Made by a program: the position numbers and the translations under genes
Shown: positions 8,205 through 9,972 of the stretch, piece by piece
How the letters are laid out: the number at the start of each line of letters is the position of its first letter
Numbering within the stretch: position 1 is the stretch's first letter
The notes under the pieces: generated by a model
The model's input: only the letters and a program-made list of their open reading frames with translations
Databases searched by the model: none
What the model was told of the DNA's origin: nothing
Origin: Octopus sinensis
Taxonomy: Eukaryota
Direction of reading: 5' to 3'
Length of the DNA: 9,972 nt
Assembly (NCBI RefSeq): GCF_006345805.1
Contig: NW_021827674.1
Span: 1 to 9,972, forward strand

Positions 8205-8297
8205 CGCCTATGTCGGTTATAAATATTCCGATTTTTGCGCCTCTGTCGGTTATAAATATTCCTATTTTGCGCCTGTGCTGGTTATAAATATTCTGAT
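8205..8297. repeat. Tandem repeat, about 3 copies of a 32-33 bp unit
   Basis: Units start at 8205, 8238 and 8270: CGCCTATGTCGGTTATAAATATTCCGATTTTTG / CGCCTCTGTCGGTTATAAATATTCCTATTTTG / CGCCTGTGCTGGTTATAAATATTCTGAT. Confidence 0.95.
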
Positions 8298-8399
8298 GGG
8301 TTTGTCAGTGAAACTACCTGTCAATAGAAATAGCAGCGAGTAGCTATTCCGCAGTCATTCAATTGTAACCTTAATGTAATTTATAGGAAGGCTCAATGT

Positions 8400-8830
8400 A
8401 TCTTTGAATAAAAGACTGGTCTTCCAGTACCAGATGCACTCCATCCGAAACCCTTCCATGCTTCCTGTATTTCGATTATTGTTTATTCACCAGGTTTTGT
8501 TGAAGCCGACATGTTCTTGAACTCTCGGCCAGAGACTTTGGCTGCGTTTTCCCAAATCCAGGACTTCTTTCTTGTTTAGGGAACTTCTTTAAAATTCTAC
8601 AATACCTACAATGAGAATAAAAAGTACAACAAAGAAAACAAACACTTAAGTGACGAATTACCTGAAAATGTTTCCACTGGAGTCACCACAAGTCTCTCTA
8701 AACATAGAAGAACGAAAAAGACAGTGTAACAAGCGTGTCCGGACTGTCATACTGCATGTCGAAGCTTCAAACTCTCGGCACCAAGTCTCGTATGTGTCTT
8801 AGGTCTGTTCACATAAGATGAACGACTTCT
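8400..8830 (-). pseudogene. Possible exon/intron relic with two short introns and a 36-nt micro-exon (identity unknown)
   Basis: Minus-strand intron-like segments at 8752-8698 (GTATGA...TCTTTTTCGTTCTTCTATGTTTAG, 55 nt) and 8661-8606 (CAG|GTAATT...CTTTTTATTCTCATTGTAG, 56 nt) flank the 36-nt segment 8697-8662. The frame spliced across both introns hits a stop soon after the second one. Confidence 0.35.
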
Positions 8831-8880
8831 ATCGAACGCAAGTATTCTGTTTGTTCATTCAAATAGTAATACTTAATACT

Positions 8881-9303
8881 TTCTCTCTCTCTCTCTCTTA
8901 CTTGTTTCAGTCATTTGACTGCGGCCATGCTGAAGCACTGCTTTTAGTCGAGCAAATCGACCCCAGCACTTATTCTTTGTAAGCTTAGTACTTATTCCAT
9001 CGGTCTCCTTTGCCGAACCGCTAAGTTACGGGGACGTAAACACAACAGCATCGGTTGTCAAGCGATGTTGGGGGGGGGACAAACACAGACACACAGACAC
9101 ACAGACACACAGACTATACACACACATACATACATGTATACGACGGGCTTCTTTCAGTTTCCGTCTATCAAATCCACTCACAAGGCTTTGGTCGGCCTGA
9201 GGCTATAGTAGAAGACACTTGCCCAAGGTGCCATGCAATGGGACTCAATCCGGGACCATATGGTTGGTAAGCAAGCTACTTACCACACAGCCACTCCTGC
9301 GCC
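8881..9303 (-). mobile_element. Full-length tRNA-derived SINE with internal (TG)n tract and (AG)n tail
   Basis: The minus strand starts GGCGCAGGAGTGGCTGTGTGGTAAG (A box-like) and has a degenerate B box (GGATTGAGTCCC). An internal microsatellite lies at 9082-9140, and the 3' body ends GACTGAAACAAGTAAGAGAGAG. Two partial paralogues lie elsewhere in the window. No clear TSD. Confidence 0.93.
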
Positions 9304-9972
9304 TATACAATGTTACCCCAAAATATATTTTTTGATTCCCCTATATTAATAGATAAACTGGGATTAAACGGTTGATATGTTTTTTTTTTTGCTTTTTCAT
9401 CTTTTAGCGGAGTAGTTTTCAGCAAGATTAAGATTCAAAAAATATTTTCGGACACTTTAAATGTAAATGACTGACATGTCTTGCATAAAGCATGGAAATA
9501 TTTTTCCGAAGAAGTCAACAAGTTAGTTTTAGATTTGTTAACAATAGGAATCTCATTTTCTGAATAATTCACATGATGTATATTCGCAACATCTTGAAAC
9601 AAAATGTCGACACAAACATTTTGTTGAAGACGCCGTGTGCAATTTGGCGGCGACAGTAACTACTATATCTTAAAAACATTTTTCTTTCCATATTTCATTC
9701 GAAATAGACCAATTTATCTTTAAAATAATAAAGAATTTAGTAACATAACTTCATCATTATTAAAATAGTGTTTGGAATGTAAATTAGCATGGAACCTTAA
9801 TACATAGTTTTAATTTATATCACTTTACTCTTTTCTTACCTTATTACTGTGTTTCAATTACTTCTTGAAAATAATGAAGAAATTAGTAAAATCGATTTGT
9901 CATTATTAAGTTGGTTTCTGGAATACAATGTAGCACGAAATTATGATAGAATACTTTAATTTAGATTTCTTT

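Noticed and set aside
8205-8297. CRISPR-like repeat length
   Set aside because: The units are head-to-tail with no spacers, there are no cas genes and the context is eukaryotic.
8511-8779. Short repeat AACTCTCGGC at 8520-8529 and 8770-8779
   Set aside because: It is only a 10-bp match with weak flanking similarity, and no insertion or duplication boundaries are evident.
1-9972. Hammerhead ribozyme or retrozyme, intact transposase or RT, prokaryotic operon features
   Set aside because: I found no CUGANGA...GAAA core with supporting stems by eye and no long intact ORF. The sequence is eukaryotic repeat-rich DNA.

Overview
AT-rich eukaryotic non-coding DNA (intergenic or intronic), most likely from an octopus or other coleoid cephalopod. 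That assignment is inferred from tRNA-derived SINEs resembling Octopus families as I recall them and was not checked by search. The window is a layered pile of repeats. It holds six SINE copies or fragments, two with readable target-site duplications, and an RTE-like LINE 3' end split by one of them. There is a long, heavily decayed R4/Dong-like (restriction-like endonuclease) retrotransposon fossil, and weaker relics of RTE, L2/CR1/Jockey, piggyBac and Tc1/mariner type. Many microsatellites, a 32-33 bp tandem repeat and a minus-strand stretch with two 55-56 nt GT-AG intron-like segments around a 36-nt micro-exon complete the picture. No supplied ORF looks like an intact gene. I see no convincing new multi-gene system. 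The best leads are covarying stem-loops shared by two different SINEs, the compact exon/intron relic, and the nested insertion history.
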